NCBI RefSeq assembly: GCF_000181795.1
Contig: NW_003526944.1
Location: 5,106,471-5,170,470 of the forward strand
DNA from: Trichinella spiralis
Taxonomy: Eukaryota
Length of the DNA: 64,000 bases
Direction: 5' to 3'
Below, one piece after another: positions 1 through 12,916 of the stretch (the first letter of the stretch is position 1; each line of letters begins with the position of its first letter). Position numbers and translations under genes: made by a program. The notes below the pieces were generated by a model that ran no database searches, was not told the origin of the DNA, and was given only the letters and a program-made list of their open reading frames with translations.

Positions 1-799
1 AAATATGTCGAAAAATCAGAATAAATACTACCTATAGGCGCATTAGTTTTTCATAAATGTAATTTATCTATTTTCATCCTTCAAAATTAATTATTTTGAC
101 AAAATACAACATTTTAAGCTCATTTGCATAAGCGTAACTTCATTATGATGGATTAAGCGAAAATGCGATCAAACAACGACATGTTTGGTATCAATGAGAT
201 GCCCAATGAATAATTAAGATCATGAACAGCATAGAATTCAATGATATGATTGTTTTTCGAAAACATCAAACGTACAGTCAGCATAGGATAAGACACTCAG
301 GTGTTAATAAATATTGGCAGGAACAGCTTGAAAAATTCCTTTCTACTGGTCGATGAAATGAGATAAGACAGTGGGAAACTAACAAATGGAAGATTTTATG
401 CACATCTCAACCCGTATTGAAACAACTTTTTTCAATTTATTCGAAATGGACCGAAAATGAACGAAAATCGACTTGCCTAAAACAACGAAATATTGCACAA
501 GACTTGGCATTTTCAGCGAACACCTCATTATTATGTCGAAAAACTTTCCTATACCAAAATTCAACTATCGTCGATCGATATCAACGGAGTTTCAGATGGG
601 TTGCTTCTCTGTGTATTAAGATAGGCACATGACAACTTTAGAGGCCATGTATTCGACACGTACGCGTTTGTTTGCCGTGAAACTTCCCAGAACCTATTAA
701 TTTTTGAGAAATGAAAAGTATATAACAAAAAAGCAATATTTGTGACAAGAGCCTACTTTCGAAAATCGCACAAAGGTTTGGTCTGAACTCATCCGCAAA

Positions 800-1073
800 A
801 TTCGACTCATTTTTGTGATTGGCTGGTCGCTGATTGGTTGTATGGGTATTGTTCGGTAATTGGCTACTAACTTATGCTATTTTATTAGTTAATTATTGTG
901 ATAAGTGATTGGGTGAATAACTGTGCCATTTGATTAGCTATTCAGCTGTGATCTAGGATTGGATGATTGTTGTTTATCAAATCTTTACCAAATATAGGTG
1001 CATTTCCATTAAAGTACCTTATATGGACATAAAAAAGCATTTACTATGTTTTAAAGAAAAAGCTTTTAGTTAT
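800..1073. repeat. Left arm of a diverged long inverted repeat (pairs with 3377-3650)
   Basis: The reverse complement of 3377-3650 aligns over ~270 bp. Examples: tttgtgattggctg/cagccaatcacaaa, gataagtgattgggtgaataa/ttattcacccaatcacttatc, ataaaaaagcatttactat/atagtaaatgcttttttat. Weak similarity may extend outward to ~690. Confidence 0.85.
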
Positions 1074-3376
1074 AACCTGGAAATGTGTATATTTGTTTTT
1101 AGACTGCAGATGATGCTTTTAAAAAGTTTTTGCGTTTTACATTTCTCTTATTGATTATCTTATTGCTTAATTTTATTCTTGTAAGTTTGCTTTTGCATTT
1201 TACTTCTTCACATCTATGCTGATGAACAGACTGTTTTCGCAGAAACTTTTCTGCTATTCGATATAAGCGCTTCAGAACTGAGCAAATGTATAGTACAGAA
1301 ATTTCCATTTTACAACAAGCAAATCAGAACTTTATTACAATATATACAATGAACAAGATGGGCAATACAACGATAACGTGGAAAAAGTCCATTTCTAAAG
1401 TTGTAGACACTGTTCCACGGCAACCAACTAATCGTTATGTTGAAAAAATGGATTAACTGTAATATTACAATAATAATGTGCTACATTAAGCCATTGTTTG
1501 TATGTTTATTCACAACAGGTATTTGTCATTATGATTTGTGCAGTTGAGCGTGTGGCATCTCCCTTTGTGTATTGGCTTATGTCGGTTCTTCAAGATACAA
1601 ACTGAAATTCATTATTTATTCTCATCATTCGAAAACATCTCAAACCTACGATACGGAAAATAGCACAAGCTAATGATAAGCATTGAGGAGTGAAATAAAT
1701 GAAAAGTAGAATTGACGGTCTTGTTTTTTACAAATTAAATATCTTTATTATCTAATTGCATTATTCTACAAAAATATAAAAGCAACAAATGAACAGCCTG
1801 AAGAAGAGATAACTGAACAAAGAGATGTTAAATAAGCGTATTTATCTAAGTCATTTTTTGTTTTCATAATTTGACATGTAATGACTTTTTACGATGGTAA
1901 AAGAGCAAAAAGAAATAATTTTCTTTGCTTTCACTTTTGTTTTGTAAAATCAACAGAATTTCGAAATGCAACAGATATTTTTTGATCTGGAATGTTCAAC
2001 ATTTGGTTATCATCGTAATACAAAAATTGCAACTTGAATGTTTAATCAATTCAGTTGTCGGTTTAACTTTAGATATTGAAAGAGAAATTTCATACAATTT
2101 ATACAAAATGCATAACCACAAATTTTTATTTTAAACAAAATTCCAGATTTCATTTTTTATTTAAATAAAACATAAGAAGAGAAACAATAACTCTTGTGAA
2201 CAGGAGCGAAAGAAAGATTGGAAAGATTAAATTCTTTTGCAAACTAGAAACATTTTCAGAGAACAGGCAGGTAAAATCAGAAAAGTGTTTCGATGCTAAC
2301 ATTCAGCAATCACCACTCCTAATTTTGGCTGAAAACTGCAGCTGTAGACAATTTACCAATTTTTGATTTTCCCTTTGTACTTGAATAGCCTTCAACTAGC
2401 CTTCATCAGAGCAATATCTGACAAATAAAAAAGAACCTTAGGCATAAATTCTTATTTAATTGTTAGTTAAGAAGGTAATTTATATGACAAGTGAAAGCAA
2501 CTGTTGGCTGACATTTCTTTTGAACAGTATTTTTAAACTCGGATGGATAAATAAAAGTGAAGCACTTCGAAAGCAGAAAGAAAGCGATGAACTGCACCAA
2601 CGAAGCAGAAAAGCGCTTAAAGGTGCTTCAAATTCATTCTGCAGTGGACATCGCATTGTTTGATGTCAGCATTTGTGTGTGATTAATAATCTTCTGTCAA
2701 CATCAACAAAAGGCATGGGTGCCACAGAAATATCAAAGTTGATCTTCAGTTGTAGATAAAATGAGAAATGAAAACTGAATGCTGTTTCAAAATGATTATT
2801 TAAAATGGAATTTAAACCGTCAAATTTATTTTCCTTTTTGGTCTTGCATTTGAGTTCAGTGCTTAGCATTCGAGGGTTATTAGCTGATGAGCGAAACATG
2901 ATCAGACATCATCATCCGAAATTTGCCTGCTGAAATTCTGATGGGTACGACTTTCTGGACTGGATGGCAATGAACAGAAAATAGACGCGGAAATGGATTC
3001 CTAATACTGGAGTAAGCGAGAAGTAAACTATGAAGCAGGAAGTAAAATGCTGCTGGGCATAAAGCTTGACGCAGCTAATTAAGCTTAACAAATCAACCGG
3101 AACGGTGCATAAGCTATTTAAAAGAAAATTCAAGACTGCAAATACTATTTTATGTGAACAGTGAAATGTAAAACTGAAGAATCATTAATGTTATTGACTA
3201 AGATAACCACTTATTTAAAGCCACATTCAAATATTGCAAGACATCTTGTTAAATGCTCTTCTTAACAACATACGCAAACAATATGCAAATATAAAGAAGT
3301 TAAACATTAGTTTTAAGCATATTAACTTTGTTTTTGTTATAATTCCTTTAACGCAACAAAAGATAGCTAACAACAT

Positions 3377-3650
3377 ATATTAAAAAGCTGTGTTTCAAAA
3401 ATAGTAAATGCTTTTTTATATCCATGTAAGGTATTTTAATGGTAATGCACCCATATTTGGAAAAGGATTGATAAATAACAATTACCCAATTCTTGATCAA
3501 AGCTTAATAGCTAATCAAATGGCAAAATTATTCACCCAATCACTTATCATGATGATTAGCTAATAAAATAGCAGAAGTCATTAGCCAATTACCGATCAAT
3601 CGTGTGCAACCTATCAGAGTACAGCCAATCACAAAATGGGGGCGGAGTTT
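3377..3650. repeat. Right arm of the long inverted repeat (pairs with 800-1073)
   Basis: See left arm. Contains four CCAAT motifs and a GGGGCGGAGT GC-box-like motif at ~3639-3648. Weak similarity may extend to ~3730. Confidence 0.85.
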
Positions 3651-5158
3651 GGGGAATTTATTACCTTCATTCTCAAAGTATCTCTAAAAGAAATTCCATT
3701 TTTCATTCTCAATTCTGGAAATTATTAATTTCGTTCTGATATCGAAGCGTAGAATGAATGCTAGTAAACGAAAATAGAAATCTGTTAGTTTGCGGCTAGA
3801 ATATTGTTGAAGACCTACAAATATGACATACCTGAATGGAACGTGAGCTCATAGATGATGCACAACATATTTTTGAAACACAGATGATATAAACAAGTAT
3901 AATTCAAAACGGTGCTTGACTATAATAAATAGCCGACCATATAGAGTACATTCTGAAAAGTTGTACAAGAGCAATTGTACAATATAAATAACATATCACA
4001 TTGACATTGGTGTAGTAAGAGCGTAATGACCTAATAATAATGGAAACCCTGAGGCAAGAAAGATTTCAATTATTCTTGACCGTTTTTGAAATGCCAATTT
4101 TTAGTGTAAGACTGTTATCAGGGCATTCTAAAAGAATTCCATGTAATAACTTATTTGATAAATTTCAGAAAAGTTATTATTTATTCAATTATTTTGATGT
4201 GCATTCAGAATTTATTCCTTCTACGAACTGTTGCATTAAAAGTCCATCTCCAGCAAGAGAACTGAAGGATTCAACAAAATAAATCTAAATTCATATAGGC
4301 ACATGATAAGTATTAATGAATATTAAAAATAATAATAATGACGATAATGGGCATTCCACGATACGAATTGATTGATTTGCAAACGAAGGAGACACGAAGA
4401 ATGCATACCTTTAAGACAATCAAATATTAATGAATCTTAGCAACAGTTCTGTGATGAATTTACTTGGGTTTATTGCAAACAAAATGATACTGTAATTGAA
4501 AGTGAAAGAATTTACCACTTCATTGGCATTGCGATCAATTTTTAGCAACAATTTTGTTGGAACAAGTTGGATCTGTACAGAAACGAAGAAAATCTGCATT
4601 TCGAAAAGCAGTAAAATATTGCACAAAACTGTCCAATTTCGAAGATTACCATGTTTTAATGTGGAAAATATCTACCTTATATAACATCCTCCATCCTAGT
4701 TAAATTTCAAGAAATATCAAAATCTAGAAATGTGCCAAACTTATAGACCATTTATTCTGAAACTGCTGGGTAATATTTGCTTAAATGTTGCACGGTACGC
4801 TAAGATAACATGAATTTGAAAGTGAAAATAAATTCACTATAATTTAAAATGAAGTGGAAAAGTAAAAGTACAACGATACAGAAGAAACCTCAATTGTGTT
4901 TGAAACCAGAGAACGGGTTCCATGAGTTATGTGACTATTACTAATACGGTGATGAGTTCTCAGTAATTCTCCATTGGAAAGAAGATGAGATGAGGAATTC
5001 AATGAGACTGTACATAAGTATTGGTACCGGTACTGTGCATAAACTATTAGGCAAAATGTTAAATAATGGATTGGACAGTGGCATGGTTCACCAGTTATTC
5101 AACAAGTTTCTCATGGATTCCTAAGTGCAACGCCTCTGTAATGCCTTGGCCATTTTTA

Positions 5159-8100
5159 CTATTTTCTCTATGAAATTTATTTGAAATGTTGCAAAGCGTA
5201 GATTTCCTGCAGCCTTCAGTGCTTTTCGTGTCTAAAGCCGACTGATCCTCAAATTTTTGAGGTACTCAATCTGAACATCAAACACCAACTCACTTAGCAA
5301 TTAAATGAATTTAATAAATGGAATTATTCAATTAATTGGATCAATTAGAAAAATGGAATGCCTTCCAGCAATTTAAAATAGACTTCAGAGGGCAAAAGTC
5401 ACCAATTAAAAATTCAGGTAAAATGTAAACTGCGGGCTGCAAGCCAACACAAAAAAATTTGTTCAGACAAAACGAGCCTACAGATGTCAAAATTTGAAAA
5501 TTAAAAAATCAAAAATGACGCACATAAATGGAACTCAAGCAAAAAGCTTTTCACATAAATGTAAAGACTTTTGCTTATCGCTTTCACAAACAAAAGTAAA
5601 CAAACAAAAAATGTAATTTACCAAATATTTCAGATGATGCAAAATTTCAAAAATAATAATGCAGTGATAAAATAAACTTAAATAACATGCTGTATAGAAT
5701 ATTTTGGTTGGAATCCAATGCGATTCAGTGATGAAAAGGAACTTTGAAGGATCTCACATGACAGCATTGCAGCAACGCGAATGCATACTTCAGCATTTTG
5801 GTTGGTTCACTTTGTAAGAGTGTACAAACCACCATATCAACCATCAGCGGAATACGAACAAGCGGACGTTTCCACTGCCAATTGAAAAAAAATAATTTTA
5901 ATATTTATAATTAGAGCAAACTTTTGATTTTCATAAAAGATTTTTATGGAAAAATAGTATAAATAATAAAACTAAAGGGTAGAATTGTTCATAAACAAAA
6001 TTACTATACGCGTTTCTGACTAATGTATTGCTTTAAATTAAATGCAAATTGTGTGACAAAATATTTACAAAAAAAGAAAATACTGTTTTCTCCATATCAG
6101 ATCTTACTTTGACTATATTATGAAATTTGCAACATGAAAATGAATAAATACATTTTATTCAAATACTATTCAGTAGTTTCTTAGCTCAGCTTAACTCTCT
6201 TATTTTCGCTCATTACTCTACATGTAATGAATAATATTAATTTACGACAATTAAATTTCACTTAATTTATTCAATTTTTGAATATAAAAAATTGTAAATG
6301 GTGCAGAAATATTAATTGATTTCAGTAATTCGCTTTTAATAATAATTTGTTTATAAGATATTTGTCTTCTTTTTAAAAATATAAATACATGAACAAACTG
6401 CTGTTGATCTTCAACAAAAAATTTTACACAGAACAGATCTATTCTTAATAATGCTTAATATAATCATGTTCAATGATTATAAATTAGCGGACATAATTGA
6501 AATAATAGCAGTTCATGTAAAGTAACCGGATGATGTAGCGAGTGCATTGCATTAAAAAAGAATAATGACGTGTAAAAAATTGAGATACCCTGCCAAATTC
6601 AACCAATGAAAACAATTTGAAAATTCAAAAATGACCTTGATATTTAAAATTCAGTCAAAATATAAATTACTGGGTAGAAAACGCCATAACAAAAAATTCA
6701 CTTAGATAAAACACGCCCCCGCATGTCTGAATTTGAGATTTGAAAATTCAAAAATGACCCACATAAATGGAACTCATGACGAAAACTTTTCACAAAAATG
6801 AAAAGACTCTGGTTTTTCGCTTTGACAAACAAAATTAGCAAATCAAAAATGTAATTTATGAACTTCTTTTAATTATGTAAAATTTAAAAAAATGCTAATG
6901 CAAAGTGTGAAATGAAAGCACTTATCAAAAAGGCTGCGTCTTTTGGTGGAGTAGGCACTCAGCTAGCGCCTACTGCGTTAGCTACATCTGCGCACATTGT
7001 AAGCGTGCACAAATGGCGACATCAACCACCAGTGGAATACGAACAGGCGGACGTTTCTACTGTCGAGTGAAATGAACTAAATTCCATATTTATAATTAAA
7101 GCAAAGTATTATTATTCTTGATTTTATGTTTGATTTTTAATAAATTTGTCAGAATACAGCATATTAAAAAACTAATATCATGTCAAGAAATTAATTTTGT
7201 AATGCAAATTTCATTTTACGTCTAGCATGAAAACAAAAATATTTCATTTTATCTTTTACGTATATATATATAATTTTTGCTATTTTCTCTATGAAATTTA
7301 TTTGAAATGTTGCAAAGCGTAGATTTCCTGCAGCCTTCAGTGCTTTTCGTGTCTAAGGCCGACTGCTCCTCTAATCTTAGAGGTATTCAATCTTAGCACC
7401 AACCACCAGTGGACTACGAACAAGCAAACGTCTCGACCGCCGATTTCCATAAAAATTTTTTTACATTTATAATTGACAATACAAATTATTATTGTCATTT
7501 CTTTTTTATTTTAAACCCTTTTTTTAGAATTTTACAATATTTTTATTTAAATAATTACTGATTACGTATATTGAAATTCTTTTCTACTATTTTTCATATG
7601 ATTATTATCATAATAGCAAATTTTTGTTTTTGATAAAACATTTTCATGAAACAACTGTAAATAAATGAAACTACAATGCCGAATTGTTTGAAAACAAAAT
7701 TGCTGTAAGCGTTTCTGACTAATGTATAGTTTTAAATTTAAAAAATTGTGTGAGGAAAAATCTACGCAAAAGGAAAATATTCTTTTCACCATATTAGATC
7801 TCTTACTTCGACTATATTATGAGATTTGCAGCGAGGGAATGAATAACTATATTTTATTGGAATGTTATTTCATAGCTCAGTTTAACTACTCTTCTATTGT
7901 CCGTGATTTAAATACTAATGAATAATATTAATTTGCTACCATTGAATTTCAGATAATTTATTCCGTTTTTGAATATTAAAAATTGTAATCAATGTAGAAA
8001 TATTAAATGATTTTGATTTTCAAAAGATCAATGAAATATAATGCCGCAGGACTAGATGAATGAGAGGTGCTAGAAAAGAAATGATTTTTTAACAAAGATG

Positions 8101-8405
8101 ATTTGCATCGTACGCGCGTAGCATTCTTCGCTAAAAATCAACTCTTATTAGATTTCCTCTTAAATAATAAATCATAATAGTATCTCAACCAAATATGCGA
8201 TATAAAAAATTCAACTTTTAGAAGAAGTCCATTTCCATGCTTAAACTATTTTACTTTTAATAATAATTTGTTTATCTTATATTTGCTTTCTTTTTCAAAA
8301 TTTAAATACCTTTACAAACTGCAGTTGAACTTAAACAAAAAATTTTGCGCAAAACAGATCTATTCTTACTAATGCTTAATATAATTATGCTCAGTGACTG
8401 TAAAT
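5159..8405. repeat. Mosaic of diverged direct duplications (non-coding, shuffled modules)
   Basis: Module A 5159-5290 ~ 7280-7405 (first ~78 nt identical). Module B 5490-5680 ~ 6735-6910. Module C (caacca.cag.gga.tacgaaca.gc..acgt) at ~5835, ~7020 and ~7398. Module D 5980-6482 ~ 7680-8405, with an extra segment in the second copy. Confidence 0.85.
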
Positions 8406-8688
8406 TCATAAAAATGCATGTATTTTCCTCATGTATGTTCTACAGTACTCTGATGTAATGAAATGCAACGTACAGAAAAATAGTCAAACTTACCTCATTT
8501 AGATAACTAAATTTGTGTGTACTGTTGTAGAAATTGAATGACGTATTCGAATTAAACTTTTGATGCTTTCTTCCTTTTGAAAACATAAACATCTTTTAGG
8601 ATTTTTGCACTCGTTTTTCTAATGTGGGGTGGTTTCCACCTCACGAATCCAACAACGTATCAACATTCCATCAGAGGATGAAAACCGT

Positions 8689-8716
8689 ATACATACATAC
8701 ATACATACATACATAC
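8689..8716 (+). repeat. (ATAC)7 microsatellite
   Basis: Directly visible tandem tetranucleotide. Confidence 0.95.
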
Positions 8717-9251
8717 AATAATATAAGGGGAAATTGTAGAACACTGTCAATAACAATGACAATGGAAGATCAAATTCCTAGAAATCAGTTTTCGACGTAA
8801 ATGCAATTTCTTATTGAAATATGTAAAAAGACAGATTACGTTCAATGATTTTGTTCACATATTTCAAAATGTGTTCTATTCATTGTGACTGTCAAAAATG
8901 ATTACATCGAAATAATAATACTGTATTTGTTGATAAGATTTTCAACTCATGACAAGCAATTTTTCAAAGCATTGAAGTGATGCAGAAGTGGACAAATTGA
9001 CAAATGTAATATCTGATTTTCAGGTATACTTTAATTGGACAAAATTTTAAATGGTACTGTTGTTAGAAATTTGAAAGTGAAAATACCAAGTGCTTATTTC
9101 TCGCTACACAGATTACAGGCAGTTTTTGGCACAAGAGCTATTGGAATTATTAATATTAAACAAAAATCAGTCCTTGCCTCAGTTCACTTTAGCTTCAGAA
9201 GAAAGAGAAATAAGAGCACATTGTTGCATTCAATTTAAAAAAGAGCAATTT

Positions 9252-10473
9252 TTACTTCATAAATGAACGCGCTGGCTTCTTTGAAACTTGCTTTTTCAAC
9301 TTCCTTGAAAACTGCTTGACTTCAGCAGGTTTCCTTTTCTTGAAAGTTGCCGTCCCTTTTTTCTGTTGAACTTTATTCATTGATGAAATGCGCCGCTGTA
9401 AAACTTTTGCTTTCATTTTGTGCTCATCACTTTTTTTCCCTACTCTTGTAACTCTGATTTTTCGATTTTTCAATAAACTATCGTTGAGCTTCAATGCTAA
9501 ACCAACTGAATATGATTCCTGAAATGGAATGGAAAATATAAAATTTCATCTTCAATATTAATAAGCACAACTTGCTTTGAAAACAACAAAACCAAATCCC
9601 TTTCCAATGTAGTTGTGTGGATCTCGAACTACACGTATTCGATCAATTTCCCCACAGTCAGTGAAATGAGTATATATTTCTTCTTCGCCGATATCTGAAT
9701 ACTTCATTCATAAATTGCATTACAAAAAAGAAAAAAATCCAATGCGTGCACTTCAATGAAATAATCAATATGACAAAAGCAGAGCAATAATGAAAGATAA
9801 AGTCGATTTACCGAAAGCCAAATTTCCAAGAAACACAGCGCGCTTTTTGTCATACTGTCTTCTCTTTATGCACCTGTCTACAAAAAGATGATGTTCTTGC
9901 ATTTGTGTACCATTCCTAAAATTTGGAACAATTGGCATGAATTATCAAAGAGCATTCACAATAGCAAAGCTTCAGTGGCATATTCATAAGAAAAAAAATA
10001 ATTCAAAACAACATACAACTCTAGTGCTTTGTCAACGCTTTCTTTTTTTACGAATCGGATGTACGCATTGACATGAGTACTTTCTGCTTTTCTAGAAAAA
10101 ATAAAAATAAAGATACTTCAGTCAACGCATAAAACTAATAATATTAAAACAACTTTATAATCACCAAGCGTTGTGGCAACTTTGGATTTACAGGAATCTA
10201 AAAGATTGAAATCAATTAAGATGTGCAGTATTACACGTGATAATCTTACACATGATCGAAGACGTATACATTCTATTTTCCCAATTTTACCAAACAGTTT
10301 TTTCAGGTTCTAAAACAGACTAATATAAGTGACATTTCTTTCATTTAAATTAAAAATGAACTTTCTTTTTTAATTGTTTTTATATCAGTAGGAAGATTGG
10401 TAACAAAAATGGTTCGCTCATCTTCATTTGAATCGTCACGGTCATCCTTTCTTTCAGTCATAGTTCCTTCCAT
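9252..10473 (-). CDS. RBM34: RNA-binding protein 34 / Nop12-like nucleolar protein with two RRMs (7 exons)
   Basis: Hand-spliced translation: MEGTMTERK...ERTIFVTNLP...NLKKLFGKIGKIECIRLRSC|IPVNPKLPQRL...HVNAYIRF...RAVFLGNLAFD IGEEEIYTHFTDCGEIDRIRVVRD...GKGFGFVVFK|ESYSVGLALKLNDSLLKNRKIRV, followed by a Lys-rich tail. Needs one GC donor and one apparent GA donor. Confidence 0.88.
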
Positions 10474-12916
10474 AATTGTCCACTATCCTAATGATTATTA
10501 TTTGTCAGTTTGAAACTGTCGACAATACGGTTAACATTTAACTTTATTTGTAACTTCGTCTCTTCAATTTACAACTACCAATTGCTGAAAATAAACATTT
10601 CATCGTATGCAATCGTAATGCAAAATAATAAACACTGTGCTATAAATAAAAACATAAAAATAAAAAAATTCATTGATATATAACAACTATGATAATCAAA
10701 AAATTTCATTGAGTTTCAAGAATGCAACACTTACAGTACAATAAGTAATCAGGTTTAATATTTACTGTCTTCAGTAAACTGTGTTTTAAATTTAAGAACT
10801 GTTAAGTGCGAACTGTTACTTATTATTATTGCCTAATTTAAAAATTTTTTGTGCATGTTTTTTCAAAAATGTAATCCGTAGCCATCAGCTAGCGCATTTA
10901 TTTATATTTAGCAACCAAACGCCATGTGTGAAACCATTTAATCAGTTTACTGTTTCAATAAAAAGTATTAATAAATAACAATAAATTTACTGTGATAATT
11001 TGGTAAAAAACTTAAAATCAGACAAATTTTGAAAATTGTGAAGGCGAGGCAGATGACAACTGAAAATTTTCAAAAGACAGATAAGCAATACCATTTCCAT
11101 GTATCTGTAAAATTAGCTCTGATTTTTTATTACTGTCATTTGTACACACGCACAAATGTACATATAATTGTTCGCTTAACCTATCAAGCATTCCAGTTTG
11201 AATCGCCGCAGTTTAAAGAAATTTAGGCTATCTTAAAATGTAATTTCAAAATGAAAATGAATGAATGAATGAATGGAATGACCAGCATGCACGTAGACAA
11301 CGCAAGTAATTTTTATTTTTACAAATGATATGTTCAGTTCAAAAAGTCAAACATTTGCTTAAAAGTGGTGTGAAAAGTCAGTTCACTTTAATCACAAATG
11401 GAAATTATTGGATGAAAATACTTGGATGTATGTTTTTCTCCACAGAAACCCGGTTACCAACTTCAGTAACAATTCAATCAAAAATATGATTTAAAAAAAG
11501 AATAAAAATATAATTTAACATTAAATTGGCCGACAAGAATAAGCAAATCAACCATTTCAGTAAAATTTGTTATTTGAATAATTTTTGAAAAAATAAAATG
11601 ATTTCATTATAAAACAGAGAAATAAATGATCATCAAGTAAAAGGGTTTTAAAATTAATTAATTCGACGTATTTTTTATAGCATTTAAAAAATATATCATT
11701 AAAAAAATAATAACAGAAAATTTTAATTGCTTAAAAAATAGTGGATAACAATTTTGTACAAATGTTTCGTTTATGAATTCTGTTCATCGTTCAGATGGAT
11801 GGATGGTTGGTTGGTATTGAAGATTGAAATGAAGAAATTTGCCAACAGCAGACCTACATTTTTCACAGTCTGGCCTAGTCTGTCAAGTGGGTGTTGCCGG
11901 TATTGGAGGTGAGAAAAAGCGGGCACTAAAAATGGACTTGTTCTGGCAAGCTGTTCAAATGTGAAAATCGGAACATCGCAACAATAAACACACAACTTCT
12001 TGGAAATCAGCCTACTACAAACACACACACACACAGTACTTTTACAGTACTTGCTTGTTTTGTTTACAAAAACTAACAACTATCTCAAATTTAATTATAC
12101 AATATTGTTGTTTGTGTTTTTCATAAATGTATAATGCAAAACGAGAAAATATTGTTTCAACAATGAATGGTCCTGAAAATCGACTTTATCCCCTCGGTCA
12201 GTCAGCACCTTCTGCCGCGGAAAGAAGCTATTATTCATTTGATACAAAAGTTTGTTCAATAATAATAATAATAATTCATTACATACATTCATAGATGATG
12301 ATATTCACTTTAGAGGCCAAAGCTGGGTTCCTGCATTTGGATCTCAATTGTTCTTTTCATTCTCTTTATTCTCATTTTGATAATTTGTTTGATCGTTTTC
12401 TTCACCTTAAAGCCTGCCTACGGAACGCAAGTTTCGAACAGTCAAGTGAGTTTTACTTTTGATCTTTAAAAAATGAAATAATTTCAATTAAAATCTTTTC
12501 AAAAAAATATTAATTTATCTTTCTTCTTTTTGCATTTCTATGCAAACAGCAGTTAACTATTTCAAAACATTACAACAACAGCCTTCGTTTTGCAATCAAT
12601 AACAATTAAATTGATCGTATGACAAATTCAAATGATAAACTTTGATCATTCTTATTTACACTAATTTCAAACAGTTTGATTAGAGTGTGTGGAAAAAAGC
12701 ATATCAACTAGTAGGATAGTTTCCAATAAAACCCCCTACTACTAATAAATTGTTTTGATAGTTTCGCTGAAATACAGAAATCTATTTATTTTTCATGCAT
12801 AACAATTATACATATAATGTATGTGCATTGTAAAAGAAAATACATCAATGTATGTAGAAGATTGAAATGAAAATTAATGTAAACTTTTCAACGATTGTTT
12901 TCCTTAATCTATTCAG

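Noticed and set aside
1100..5150. Short ORFs as genes or transposase fragments
   Set aside because: No recognisable motifs and frequent stops. They may be decayed coding sequence, but I cannot support a call without a database search.
8630..8690. Hammerhead-ribozyme-like CUGAUG...GAAA on the minus strand
   Set aside because: The core reads CUGAUGG rather than CUGANGA, and the stems do not form properly.
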